Origin: Basidiobolus meristosporus CBS 931.73
Lineage: Eukaryota > Fungi > Basidiobolomycota
Direction: 5' to 3'
DNA: 33,539 nt
Assembly (NCBI GenBank): GCA_002104905.1
Contig: MCFE01000818.1
Location: forward strand, 1-33,539
Shown here: positions 24,055 to 33,539 of the stretch, piece after piece
Layout: each line of letters begins with the position of its first letter
Numbering within the stretch: the first letter of the stretch is position 1
Program-made: the position numbers and the translations under genes
Notes under the pieces: generated by a model
What the model saw: only the letters and a program-made list of their open reading frames with translations
The model's database searches: none
Told to the model about the DNA's origin: nothing

Positions 24055-24787
24055 TAGACTTGCTCTGTTGGATAGGGCCACATTGAGCAATGGGTGCCAA
24101 ATGATTCAAAGGTGTGCCAAGGAGGCCAAGTGGACCTATACTTGGCAACAAAGTGTGAAACATAGTTATACATTGTCATGCAAAGCAGCCCCTGTGGTTC
24201 ACCTGTTATGTGGGAGAAAATCCATTTTTTAACCTTTTTTTTGGATGAATGTGATGGATGATGTGTAAGAGGACAGAAGGACTGAAGACATGCATTTGGC
24301 ACTCAAAACCCATGGGACTCTGAGTTTAGCTCCTGTGGCTTGTAACATGTCACAAAATGCAGGGCACCATCTGGGTCCACTGTCACAATATGGCACTATA
24401 AGTGCTTTGTATTGGTTTTATTTTAGGGCTAATATTTAAATATAGTGCCAGATTGTGCCAGTGGACCAAGATAGTGCCATGCATTTTTGTGACATGTTAC
24501 AAGCCACAGGAGCTAGATTCAGAGTCCAATGGATATTGAGTACCAGATGCATGTTATCAGTACCTCTGTGGTCTTACATATTATGCACAACATGGATCTC
24601 AAACAAAAGGGCAACAGTAGATTATCTCCAGCACAATAGGTGAAGCACAGGGGCTGATTTGCAATACAATGTATTACTATGTTTCATACTTTGGGACCAA
24701 GTATAAGTCCATTTGGCCTCCCTGGCACACTATGGCATCATTTGGCACTCATGGCTCAATGTGGCACTATCCAATGGAACAAGTCTA
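24055..24787. mobile_element. Non-coding foldback/MITE-like element made of a long imperfect inverted repeat
   Basis: Arms 24055-24400 and 24441-24787 (about 346 bp each) are clearly complementary along most of their length, for example tgtgacatgttacaagccacaggagcta and its complement. The spacer is a 40-bp AT-rich stretch. Termini are TAGACTTG...CAAGTCTA. Confidence 0.85.
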
Positions 24788-26936
24788 ATAGCCACATGAT
24801 TGTTTTTCTCATCTGTTACAGCAGTGAATCAAAGTAGTCTTGTCCATAGGGCAAACACTTTGACACTCAACAACATAACACTATTATATCACTTTTTTGT
24901 CAATACACATGGGAGTTTAAGACTGTCTTGTATGTGAGACATTGCACCTACATGAACATAAGATTCAATGATGACCCACAATAGTATGCATTATAAAACA
25001 GTTGTGGCACCACATGCACACCTATATGTAACACCATTTCCCCTTTGGTTTGACTCACTCTCAGATATATGCCACTGTGGTGGTGTAGAGGTGCTCCTGG
25101 GAGAAGCTACACATCTTAAGGTGTGTGAGGTGTCTGATGAGTGCAGTAACCTCTGTGTCAAAACTGCCGGTGTCTTTGTCAATATGTCACTACAGTCAAA
25201 GCTCCTGCTTCTCTCTAGCTTCCTAGATGCTCCAAGTGTCTTCAAAGGCCTCTGTGTGTCTTGAGCACTATGCTAAGAAGCTCCTTGATGGCAAGTGCAA
25301 GGTGTAACTGTTAAAGGTAAGTGCAGTAATCAACTGCTAATCAATAAGGGAAAAGTGTTACTGGTAGAAGGGGTGATTTATTGATGAGGGATTGCCTTCC
25401 CTTCAATACTTTTCCTGATTGCCAAGTGACTACTAATGAAAAGTTTCTATAAGATTCCAGGAATCAGTGGAATTCTTGATGACATCACTATGAGCTAAAA
25501 ATATAACAAGAATGTCCTGGAAGGTTCTAAAAGGCACAGCACATCCAACCAATCAGGGATCAGTAGTCTGAAACCTGTGCAACATAGAGATACCATATAT
25601 GGTATTTAAATGGTAGGGATGGTAACACAGACTTAGGTTATGTGTCATGGGAATTGACACAGGTACTTGCCTAATGTAGATACATATATAGTTCACAAAG
25701 CTGAATAACATGTGGGATATCTAATGATAATAACTAATCCAGGTAAACATCTTATGGGGATAATACTAATAATATGGGCAAAAGAAGAATGGGACAATAC
25801 TGATAAGATAAAATACGGATAAGTACATCATAATAGCTATGTCAATCAACTTGTCTGTGGGAGGTACGCTTACCCTCCCACACTGCCAAAAAGTAAAGTA
25901 AAGTTGTCTGGTTCTCAACCAATCCCCACTGCTGACAGCAGTAGAAGAACACTAGGGCAACAGCTTGCTTTGACACTTGGTGCAACAGGCAGGGCAACAA
26001 CCAAAAATGGCCCTGTGGACAGTGTGCCCACTGAAGGAAATAATATGGACACCTCAGGCTCTCAGTCAAGTAGGTAATTGGGAATCTCTGTGGAGCTGCA
26101 AGCAGACCATAATGCTGAGGCAGATGAGATTGTTGCAAAATCAGTACCTTCAGCTGAAGACCAGCAAGTGGCCATCATAACATCACCACCACCTGTATTA
26201 GCAAGTATGTTGTCAGCTTGCACCAGAGCATTAATGAGGCAAGTAGGTACAATGGCAAATAGGATAGATACAATGGCCCTGTGAAATCAGGAAATAGTCC
26301 AGAAACAGTATGAGCAGATAAATGGTGTAGAGCAATCAATATCTGCAGTAGACAAAGCAGCATCTTTGCTGCAAAAAAGGAGCTCAAGTAGCCCAGAGCT
26401 TCCTCCTTTCTCTCCTTGAAGTAGACACACATGTATCTTTCATAATCATCAATAAAAGTGATGCAATACTTCATGCCACTTAAGGATAAATCTGCATAGG
26501 TCCACACAAATCTGAGTGATTTGGATCTAATTTTTTCTTAGTTTTGATTAACTCAAACCACATGAGCAGTTTTCTGGCTTGTTTCCCATATATTTAGGCC
26601 TCACAGTGCCCCAAACTATTGGGGGAATTAATTTTTACTCCAGAAATAAGCTGGTATTGATCATTATACGCAAATAATCATAACTGATGTGCCCAAATCT
26701 CCTGTGTCAAAGCATTGATATTTCTTCATTCACGTTACTCTTATTGCCTTCCAGATATAATGGAGTATAAGTCAACTTATATAAACTCTGATCTCTGATA
26801 CCCAAAGCAATATAGGCACCATTTTGATCAGTGATCATGCATCCGGAATTGTCAAAGCTGAAGCTGAGTCCTTCTGCTATGGCCTTGCTTACCAATGGTA
26901 GGTTCTTGGCTATTTTGGTACATAGAGTACTTCTTT

Positions 26937-27304
26937 TGTTACAAGTCTTGGTATAAGAGTTGTAGAGGAATAGGGAGTTTAGCTAGTATTGTATTCACTA
27001 AAACTTGAACTGATTTTTATTGAGGTTCCAGCAGCTCCTTATATACATTTTGCCAGATCAATTGCTGACTAATTGTATTTCCTAATGTAGGTTGTGGCTG
27101 GTGACTCATTTGATTGCATCATCATCACCCAACAAGATGCTACTTAATATATCTATTTCTGTCTGATAAGGATCTGCTGATTCATTTACTGACTAATGCT
27201 ACTGATTTGATAAATAATACTGATATACTGATAACCTAAACGTATACTAATTGATTTGACTAAAAACTGATCTAACTTAAACATTCATGCAGCAGATCAT
27301 TACA
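26937..27304 (-). repeat. Gypsy 3' LTR (368 bp)
   Basis: TGT...ACA termini. Differs from 31506-31868 by 9 substitutions and one 5-bp indel (my count). Confidence 0.97.
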
Positions 27305-27313
27305 TTCTCCTCT
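27305..27313 (-). promoter_or_regulatory. Gypsy polypurine tract
   Basis: AGAGGAGAA directly abuts the 3' LTR, just after the integrase stop codon. Confidence 0.85.
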
Positions 27314-27314
27314 A

Positions 27315-30300
27315 CTAAAGTTGAGAGGGTTCTCCTGAATCTCTTTTCTTGTGATACCAATATCTTGATGGTTCAGTATTATCAGCAAGTCTTGCAAGCT
27401 TGAGTCTGTCCCTATGCACTAAGTCTTCCCGGATATTGCCTTGTTTGTCCACCAGTTGGTAAGTTGCAAATGGACATTCTCTGATTATCTTGAATGGTCC
27501 TGTCCATTGTGGCTCAAACTTCTTCCAAGTGTTGTTTCTTAGCAATACAAAGTTCCCAACTGTCAATGCTTCTGGTACTATAGACTTATCTAATCTCTGC
27601 TTCATCTTTTCTGCACTTTGAGATACTTTGGTCTGTGCCTCTTGACATCTTTGTTCCAGTTGCTGGTGTCTACTTGGCTGACTGAGTTCATCTTCAAAGG
27701 TGTCTGTAAGCTTTGGTTGTGTGAGATCTCCTGGAATCCTTAGTTCACATCCATACACTAAGTAAAATGGTGATTGCTGGGTGGTGTTGTGTACTCTGAC
27801 TCTGCATGCAAAGAGTGCTTGGTCTATATGCTCATCCCATCTACTGACAACTCCATTTGCATACTTGGTGAGCATTTTTCCAAATAATCCATTACACCGC
27901 TCAGTGACTCCATTAGTTCTGGGGTGATATGCCAAGGTTTTCAAGTGTCTGATCTGCCGCATTTCCAGGTAAGCCTCTAATGTCTTTGCCATAAAGTTTG
28001 CTCCTCTATCAGATAAGATCTTTACAGGGCATCCAAACTTCATCAGGATCTCAAGGTAAAACAAACTTGCAACTTCTTGTTCACTGGCTATTGGTACAGC
28101 TTTAGCAACTGGCCATTTAGTGGCATGGTCAATTGCTACTAGGATCCAACAATTGCATTTCCTGGTAGTTGGCAGTCTTCCAATAAAGTCAATTCCCCAT
28201 CTCTCAAATGGTCTTACAGGCTCCAAATGGAAGAGTTTGGCAATTCTTTGTGGCTGGCCTTAATTGATTTGGCAGTTTGGGCATGTTTTCACTAGCTTCT
28301 CAATATCTTGTTTCATTCTGGGCCACCATGCTCTGGCTTTCACAAGGCTATAGGTTCCTTCAATCCCAAGATGTCCATATCCATTGTGTAGCTTATGTAT
28401 TAAGTCCAGACAAAAAACATAAGGGCAATAGGCAATAGGGCTTCCATCAACAATTCAGTAGAGTGTTTCATCCTGTGCTACAAATTTGCTGGCTTCATCA
28501 CGGATTATCTTCTTGATATCTTGATCCACCTCATTAGGAATGGCTTGGTCCTCCAAGTACTTTGGTAATAGGCTAGGCCAATCTGATTCATGCACCAAGT
28601 TGAGTTGTGCAACTTGATCTAATCTTGATAAGGCATCAGCAACCATGTTGTTTTTTCCAGGGCAGTAGACAATCTCCAGGTCAAATTGCTGAATGTATTC
28701 ACTCCATCTTGTCATTCTTCTAGAGAGTACCTTCTGAGTAAATATATACTTGAGGGAGGCATGATCAGTCTTCACAGTGCATTTGACTCCTTCAATATAG
28801 CATCTCCATGTCTTCAAACAGTGTATTATAGCAAGCATCTCCTTCTCATGGACTGGATGGTTTTGTTCTGCTGAGTTCAGTTTCTTGAATTCAAAGGCAA
28901 CAGGGTAGTCCTTTCCCTTGTGTTCTTGGCTCAGCACTCCACCAATTGCATAATCTGAAGCATCTGTGCACAGAGTGAACTCTTTTCTGAAGTCTGGTAT
29001 TCTTAAGCTTGGCAGCTTAGCAAGTTCATTCTTGAGCATCTGGAAGGCAATCTCACAAGCTATGTCCCACTTGTAGGTATTGTCTTTCTTAAGGATATCA
29101 GTTAAAGGGGCTGCAATACTTGCAAATGACTTGACAAATCTCCAATAATAGGAAACAATCCAAGGAATGATCTGAGTTCTGATATGCTATAGGGCTGCTT
29201 CAAATTCTTGATAACTTCAACCTTCTTAGGGTCTAGGGTCACTCCTGTGCTAGTCACTATGTGTCCCAGGTATTCAACATGTTTCTTGAAGAATTCACAC
29301 TTGGCTAGCTTGCCATATAGCTTGTTCTCTCATAGCTTCTTCAAGACCTTTTCAATGTGCACCATATGATCCTTTTCTGTCTTGCTGTATATTAATATGT
29401 CATCCAGGTAGATTGTCACAAACTTGTCTAAGTACTCCTGAAAGACAGTCTGCATCAGCATCATGAATGTTGCAGGGGCATTAGTGAGGCCAAAACTCAT
29501 GACTAAGTACTTGTAATGTCCATATCTGGTCCAGAATGCTGTCTTAGGGATATCTTCTGGTTTCACCCTAATCTGGTTGTATCCTGACATGAGGTCAATC
29601 TTGCTGAAAATAGTGGCTCCATTAAGTTGGTCCAAAAGCTCATCAATCCAAGGTATGGGGTACTTATTCTTGAAGGTATCTGAGTTCAGGGCTCTGTAGT
29701 CAATGCACATCCTAAGTGTTCCATCCTTCTTTTTCACAAAAAGCACTGGTGCTCCCCAAGGTGACTTGCTGGGTCTGATGTATCCTTGCTCCAATAGCTG
29801 ATCAATTTGTCTCTTCATTTCCTCCAATTCCAATGGACTCATTCTGTAAGGTGTCTTGCTCACTGGAGGGCTATCACCTGTGTCCATGGCATGATCTACA
29901 TCTCTGACTAGTGGTAGGCTTACAAGCTCATCTGGAAACATGTCTGAATATATCTTCAAGAGAGTCTGGACCTGCTGGGGTGCTGGGGTAGAGGAATCCT
30001 CCTGTAAAACCACCATGAGGAACATCTGGGTACCTTTTCTAAGTGCTCTACAGAACTGGGTCTTGCTAAGTTCACTTGTCTCACACATACTGGAATTGAC
30101 CAAGTTAAAATCCAGCCTGGCAGGTAATAGCTCATAGGTCTTGTTGTCTTTTTGGATCTGAGTAGCATGGGTTCTCCAGTCGATTGATGGATTACAACAA
30201 AATAGCCAGGTTTTTCCAAGTACAAGGTCAAACTTGCAGTTCCCAAATATATAAGCATGAAGGTCTTCTTCATAGTCATTGATCTTCATTCTTACTGGCT

Positions 30301-30484
30301 GAGTAATACGGTTGATTATGTGAGAGTTCCCATCAACTGTTGAGACTGAAGTTGATTTGGTAGGTTCTGAGTTGATTCCAGTTTTCAGAGCAAATTGCTC
30401 TGACATGTACTCATGCAATGCTCCTGAGTCAATTGTGATCTTGGCAGGTACTCCATTGATTACTCCATTCAAGTATAATAGCTT
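27315..30484 (-). pseudogene. Gypsy pol (PR-RT-RH-IN), disrupted
   Basis: In-frame stops at 29330-29332 (TGA), 28455-28457 (TGA) and 28260-28262 (TAA), plus a 1-nt frameshift near 29160 in FLGL-VSYY. Confidence 0.93.
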
Positions 30485-31447
30485 TCATGAGTTTGAGGTC
30501 ATCTGGGATAGGTATTCCTCTGTCATGTGGAAGGTGAATACTGAGTCTTCTTCAAGTTCATCCTTAATGTTACTATGCTCCATGGCCTCAATACAATTAA
30601 AGGTTCTTGATGGCTGGTGTCCATTTCTTCTCTGAGGGCAGTACTTTGCAATATGTCCTTGCTGGTGGCAATTGAAGCAAAGTCCTTTCTTCTTACATTC
30701 TTCCAAGGCAGGATTCTTCTGCATAGCGTCTATTTCCATTGGTACTGCTTCTGACTGTCTTCTTTCATAATGATTGTAACCTTTCTGATTAGTCACTGTA
30801 GGCTTCCCAACTCCAAACATAGCTGAGTCATAGTCAATGGCAATCTTGATGGCATCTTCAATAGTCTGAGGTCTTTGATAATTCACTTCCTTGCAAGTTC
30901 TTTCTTTTAACCCATCAATAAAGTATTCAACTTGATCCAGGGGGTCCATTCTTTCAATTTGTCCAAGTAGGCATCTGTACTCATAGATGTATTCTTGAAC
31001 CATTCCTTTCTGTCTGAGTGTCTTTAACTTCCTTCTTAGTAGTGTCTGCTGGTGTGGAGGTTCAAAAGCATCCTGAATTTCCGACACAAACTCATCCCAG
31101 GTAGAGATTGTAGAGCATCCCATCATAGTGGCTGACCTGATCTTGTTGCGGTACCACTGTAAAGCTGCATCTGCCAGGTAAGAAGCTGCATAATGCAACA
31201 TGCTTTCTGGAGCAATTCCTTTAGGTTTAAAAGCTTCTTCAATCTGAAAGAGCCAAATTCCCAGGTTTTCATTGACTCTGCCATGGTACCGGTTGACCTT
31301 CACACTAGAGTTACTCTTGACAGGGCTTTGCTGGCTCTGAGCCATGGTAGTCATTCCTTGTTGCTGTTGGCTGAGGATCTGGAGTAACTGTTGCTGTTGG
31401 GCCAGGATTTGCTGCATGGCATTCTTCCATTCTTGATTGCCTGACAT
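30485..31447 (-). CDS. Gypsy gag ORF (retrotransposon gag plus CCHC knuckle), open for 320 aa
   Basis: Contains WLFQIEE...AASYL..AALQWY...WDEF, LRQKGMVQEY, PMEID and CFNCHQQGHIAKYC. In the same frame as pol, separated by a single TGA. Confidence 0.9.
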   Translation of the reverse strand: MSGNQEWKNAMQQILAQQQQLLQILSQQQQGMTTMAQSQQSPVKSNSSVKVNRYHGRVNENLGIWLFQIEEAFKPKGIAPESMLHYAASYLADAALQWYRNKIRSATMMGCSTISTWDEFVSEIQDAFEPPHQQTLLRRKLKTLRQKGMVQEYIYEYRCLLGQIERMDPLDQVEYFIDGLKERTCKEVNYQRPQTIEDAIKIAIDYDSAMFGVGKPTVTNQKGYNHYERRQSEAVPMEIDAMQKNPALEECKKKGLCFNCHQQGHIAKYCPQRRNGHQPSRTFNCIEAMEHSNIKDELEEDSVFTFHMTEEYLSQMTSNS

Positions 31448-31495
31448 CTTGAGGGTGGTTTCTTCTTTCTTCAGGAGAGAGGTTTCTGGTATTTG

Positions 31496-31504
31496 CTGCT
31501 ACCA
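31496..31504 (-). promoter_or_regulatory. Gypsy primer-binding site, initiator tRNA-Met 3' end type
   Basis: TGGTAGCAG lies one base inside the 5' LTR. Confidence 0.75.
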
Positions 31505-31505
31505 A

Positions 31506-31868
31506 TGTTACAAGTCTTGGTATAAGAGTTGTAGAGGAATAGGGAGTTTAGCTAGTATTGTATTCACTAAAACTTGAACTGATTTTTGTTGAGGTTCCAG
31601 CAGCTCCTTATATACATTTTGCCAGATCAATTGCTGACTAATTGTATTTCCTAATGTAGGTTGTGGCTGATGACTCATTTGATTGCATCATCATCACCCA
31701 ACAAGATGCTACTTAATTTATCTATTCCTGTCTGATAAGGATCTGCTGATTCATTTGCTGACTAATGCTACTGATAAATAATACTGATATACTGATAACC
31801 TAAACATATACTAATTGATTTGACTAAAAACTGATCTAACTTAAACATTCAAGCGGCAGATCATAACA
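31506..31868 (-). repeat. Gypsy 5' LTR (363 bp)
   Basis: Direct repeat of 26937-27304. Confidence 0.97.
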
Positions 31869-32699
31869 CTTTAAAGGTCAGTGTATAGCCTCCTTCACTG
31901 CTTCTAAGGCTAACTTGGACAGTTCCTTCTTCCAATGCATCAAGTGTTTTATTGTCTCACATGAAACCTTAATTGTCATTTCTTGGTATTGGGTACAAAG
32001 TTCTTTTTGGTGTGTAAAGTGTTGAGATGCTCCATAGTCAATGTACCATGTCTGAGAATCCTTGTATTTGGGCATATTTAGTGCAGATATGAATAGTCCA
32101 TCTTCAGTTGTTGCAGTATTTTCATATTCTGGCTTCTTTTGCTGATTATCTCTCTTTTTGAAACACTGGTCCTATGTATGTCCTTTTCTTTCAATGTAGT
32201 TGCAAAACAGGTTGCTTTTGCCTTTAAATGGTCTTTGGTATCTCTGTGTTGGTTACCATTACTTATTAAAGCATTTTCTTTATCCTTCATATTGGCACTT
32301 GATTTTCTCAATTCTTCATCTAGGAGCCTTCCATATATGTAATTTGAGGTCAAATCTTCAGTTCTAGACTCTATGGCAGATACAGGGCACTGAAACTTGT
32401 TTGTCAGGCCATTTAAGATAGCTACTATCACATCCTCATTCAGAATTGTTATGCCCACCAATTCCATCTCATCCACCAGCAGCGTAATTCTACAAATTTG
32501 ATTTTTTGTTTCTTCTCCTGGTAGCATCTTTGTAGTAAAGAATTTTCATCCAAGATACATTTTCTTGACAGCTGAACATAACTGTCTATAACTGCCAATT
32601 TTGATTACATCTCTCTCAAATAGTCACATATTCTGGACCAAATATGTCATGAGGACTTTTATGCTAAGACCCAATGAAGTGCCACCTGTAAGTAAGTCC

Positions 32700-33200
32700 A
32701 GAGCCATCCCACAAAAGGAATTTCCCTTGGATCATCAGCAGTGAAAGACAAAAAAGAAAAATAGGAATATACTACTGCTGCAAATTAGAGTATCTCTGAA
32801 ATGGAGCCAAAACATATGTAGGCTATATTTGGACTATCTAACAATGCAGATATGCTTCATAGAGCCCCTTGTACAATGTTTTCAAGCCAGAAGCCCTAGA
32901 AAAGCATTGAAACTTCTACAGGATCTGTCAGATATTGTGGTATTAATTGGGGCAGAATATTTAAAGCAGTAGTCCTGATGTCTGCTATCTATGGAGCTGA
33001 AAGAAAATAGTTTAAGGATCAACCTAATGGTTTTCATGGATTTTGAAGACACTGATATGTTCAATCAGCCTTGTAAGCCAAGCTCAAGGCTGAGAATAAC
33101 TATCAGGAGAATAAGTAGCATCAAAGCTCTTTTTAACAAGAGTTCACTTCTAGAAAAGGGCAAGTATCTAATCTTCAAGTGTATTCTGATAAGACAAAAG
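32700..33200 (+). pseudogene. Possible CACTA-like transposase C-terminal relic
   Basis: Only faint resemblance across many stops (HxNFYRICQIL, GF-E/R-H). The sequence is CpG-depleted like the neighbouring TEs. Confidence 0.25.
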
Positions 33201-33539
33201 CAGCTGTATCAATCCAAATCAGTAGAAGCACTACAAAAGCAGCTATTAAACAACCTATGGAACTTTCTTATACCAATCTGGCTAGATTAAGAAGCAAATG
33301 GACTTTGAATCTACTGTAAATTAAGTAATCAGTCCAAAAAATCACCCACAACAGAACAGCTGTTGACGTAAGGGCTGGAAGGGCAGCCAGTTGAGCTACA
33401 CTTTAGTAAGGTAGATCAGCTTGCAGAGAGAAGCAATTTGCCTACCACAGCCTCCACATCCTACATTGTGGACAGAGTGGAGATCCCACTGACAGAGAGA
33501 GTATCAATGTTAAGAACGCAAAAGGTTATCACAATGCCT

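Larger units (their letters stand above)
26937..31868 (-). mobile_element. Full-length Ty3/gypsy LTR retrotransposon, inactivated; no chromodomain
   Basis: Two LTRs, PBS, PPT and a 4-bp TSD CTTT (26933-26936 and 31869-31872). Domains: gag with CCHC knuckle, protease DSG, RT (YLDD), RNase H (DASDYAIG) and integrase (HLG...CPNC, WGIDFIG, SDRGANF, HPRTNG). Confidence 0.97.
26393..32590 (-). mobile_element. Truncated Ty1/copia copy (gag to start of integrase), split by the gypsy insertion; no LTRs in view
   Basis: 26393-26936 and 31869-32590 align with about 20750-21990 of the copia at 18030-22687. Motifs include WYIDYGASQH and ITFIDDYERY. Confidence 0.88.

Noticed and set aside
24790-26390. Cys-rich frames at 24800-25260 and a possible solo LTR or gag remnant at 25300-26390
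   Set aside because: CpG-depleted and probably TE-derived, but I found no matching termini, TSD, PBS or protein motif.
32991-33290. 99-aa ORF on the plus strand
   Set aside because: No domain, no gene-like context, and it lies in CpG-depleted relic DNA; likely spurious.
15200-33539. Neurospora-type CpA RIP or TpCpG-specific RIP as the cause of decay
   Set aside because: CpA remains abundant, and the inferred mutated CpGs have mixed 5' neighbours; a formal context count is still needed.

Overview
This is eukaryotic DNA, most likely fungal: introns are short (mostly about 50-90 nt) with GTAAGT/GTATGT/GTACGT donors and CTAAC/CTGAC-like branch points. An early-diverging fungal lineage is my inference only. 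The window splits sharply near 15.2 kb. The left part (1-15.2 kb) has normal CpG content and holds a spliced GID4/VID24 gene, a large multi-exon helical protein gene (weak resemblance to MEI1/PRD1), a PIN/NYN-like gene, a three-exon DUF1963/YwqG-like gene and a decayed L1-like LINE. The right part (15.2-33.5 kb) is almost CpG-free and made of nested transposon relics: four pieces of one Ty1/copia family, a CACTA-like transposase relic, a 733-bp foldback element with 10-bp periodic motifs, and a full-length but dead Ty3/gypsy element (LTRs differ by about 2.5%, 4-bp TSD) inside a copia copy. The most striking structure is that the two apparent copia elements at 15453-17953 (+) and 18030-22687 (-) have exchanged their 3' LTRs. 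TSD geometry, a flipped 76-bp piece of host gag and an LTR length variant all point to an inversion between two oppositely oriented copies. I saw no rRNA, tRNA or CRISPR features. All family calls come from motif recognition by eye, not from database searches.
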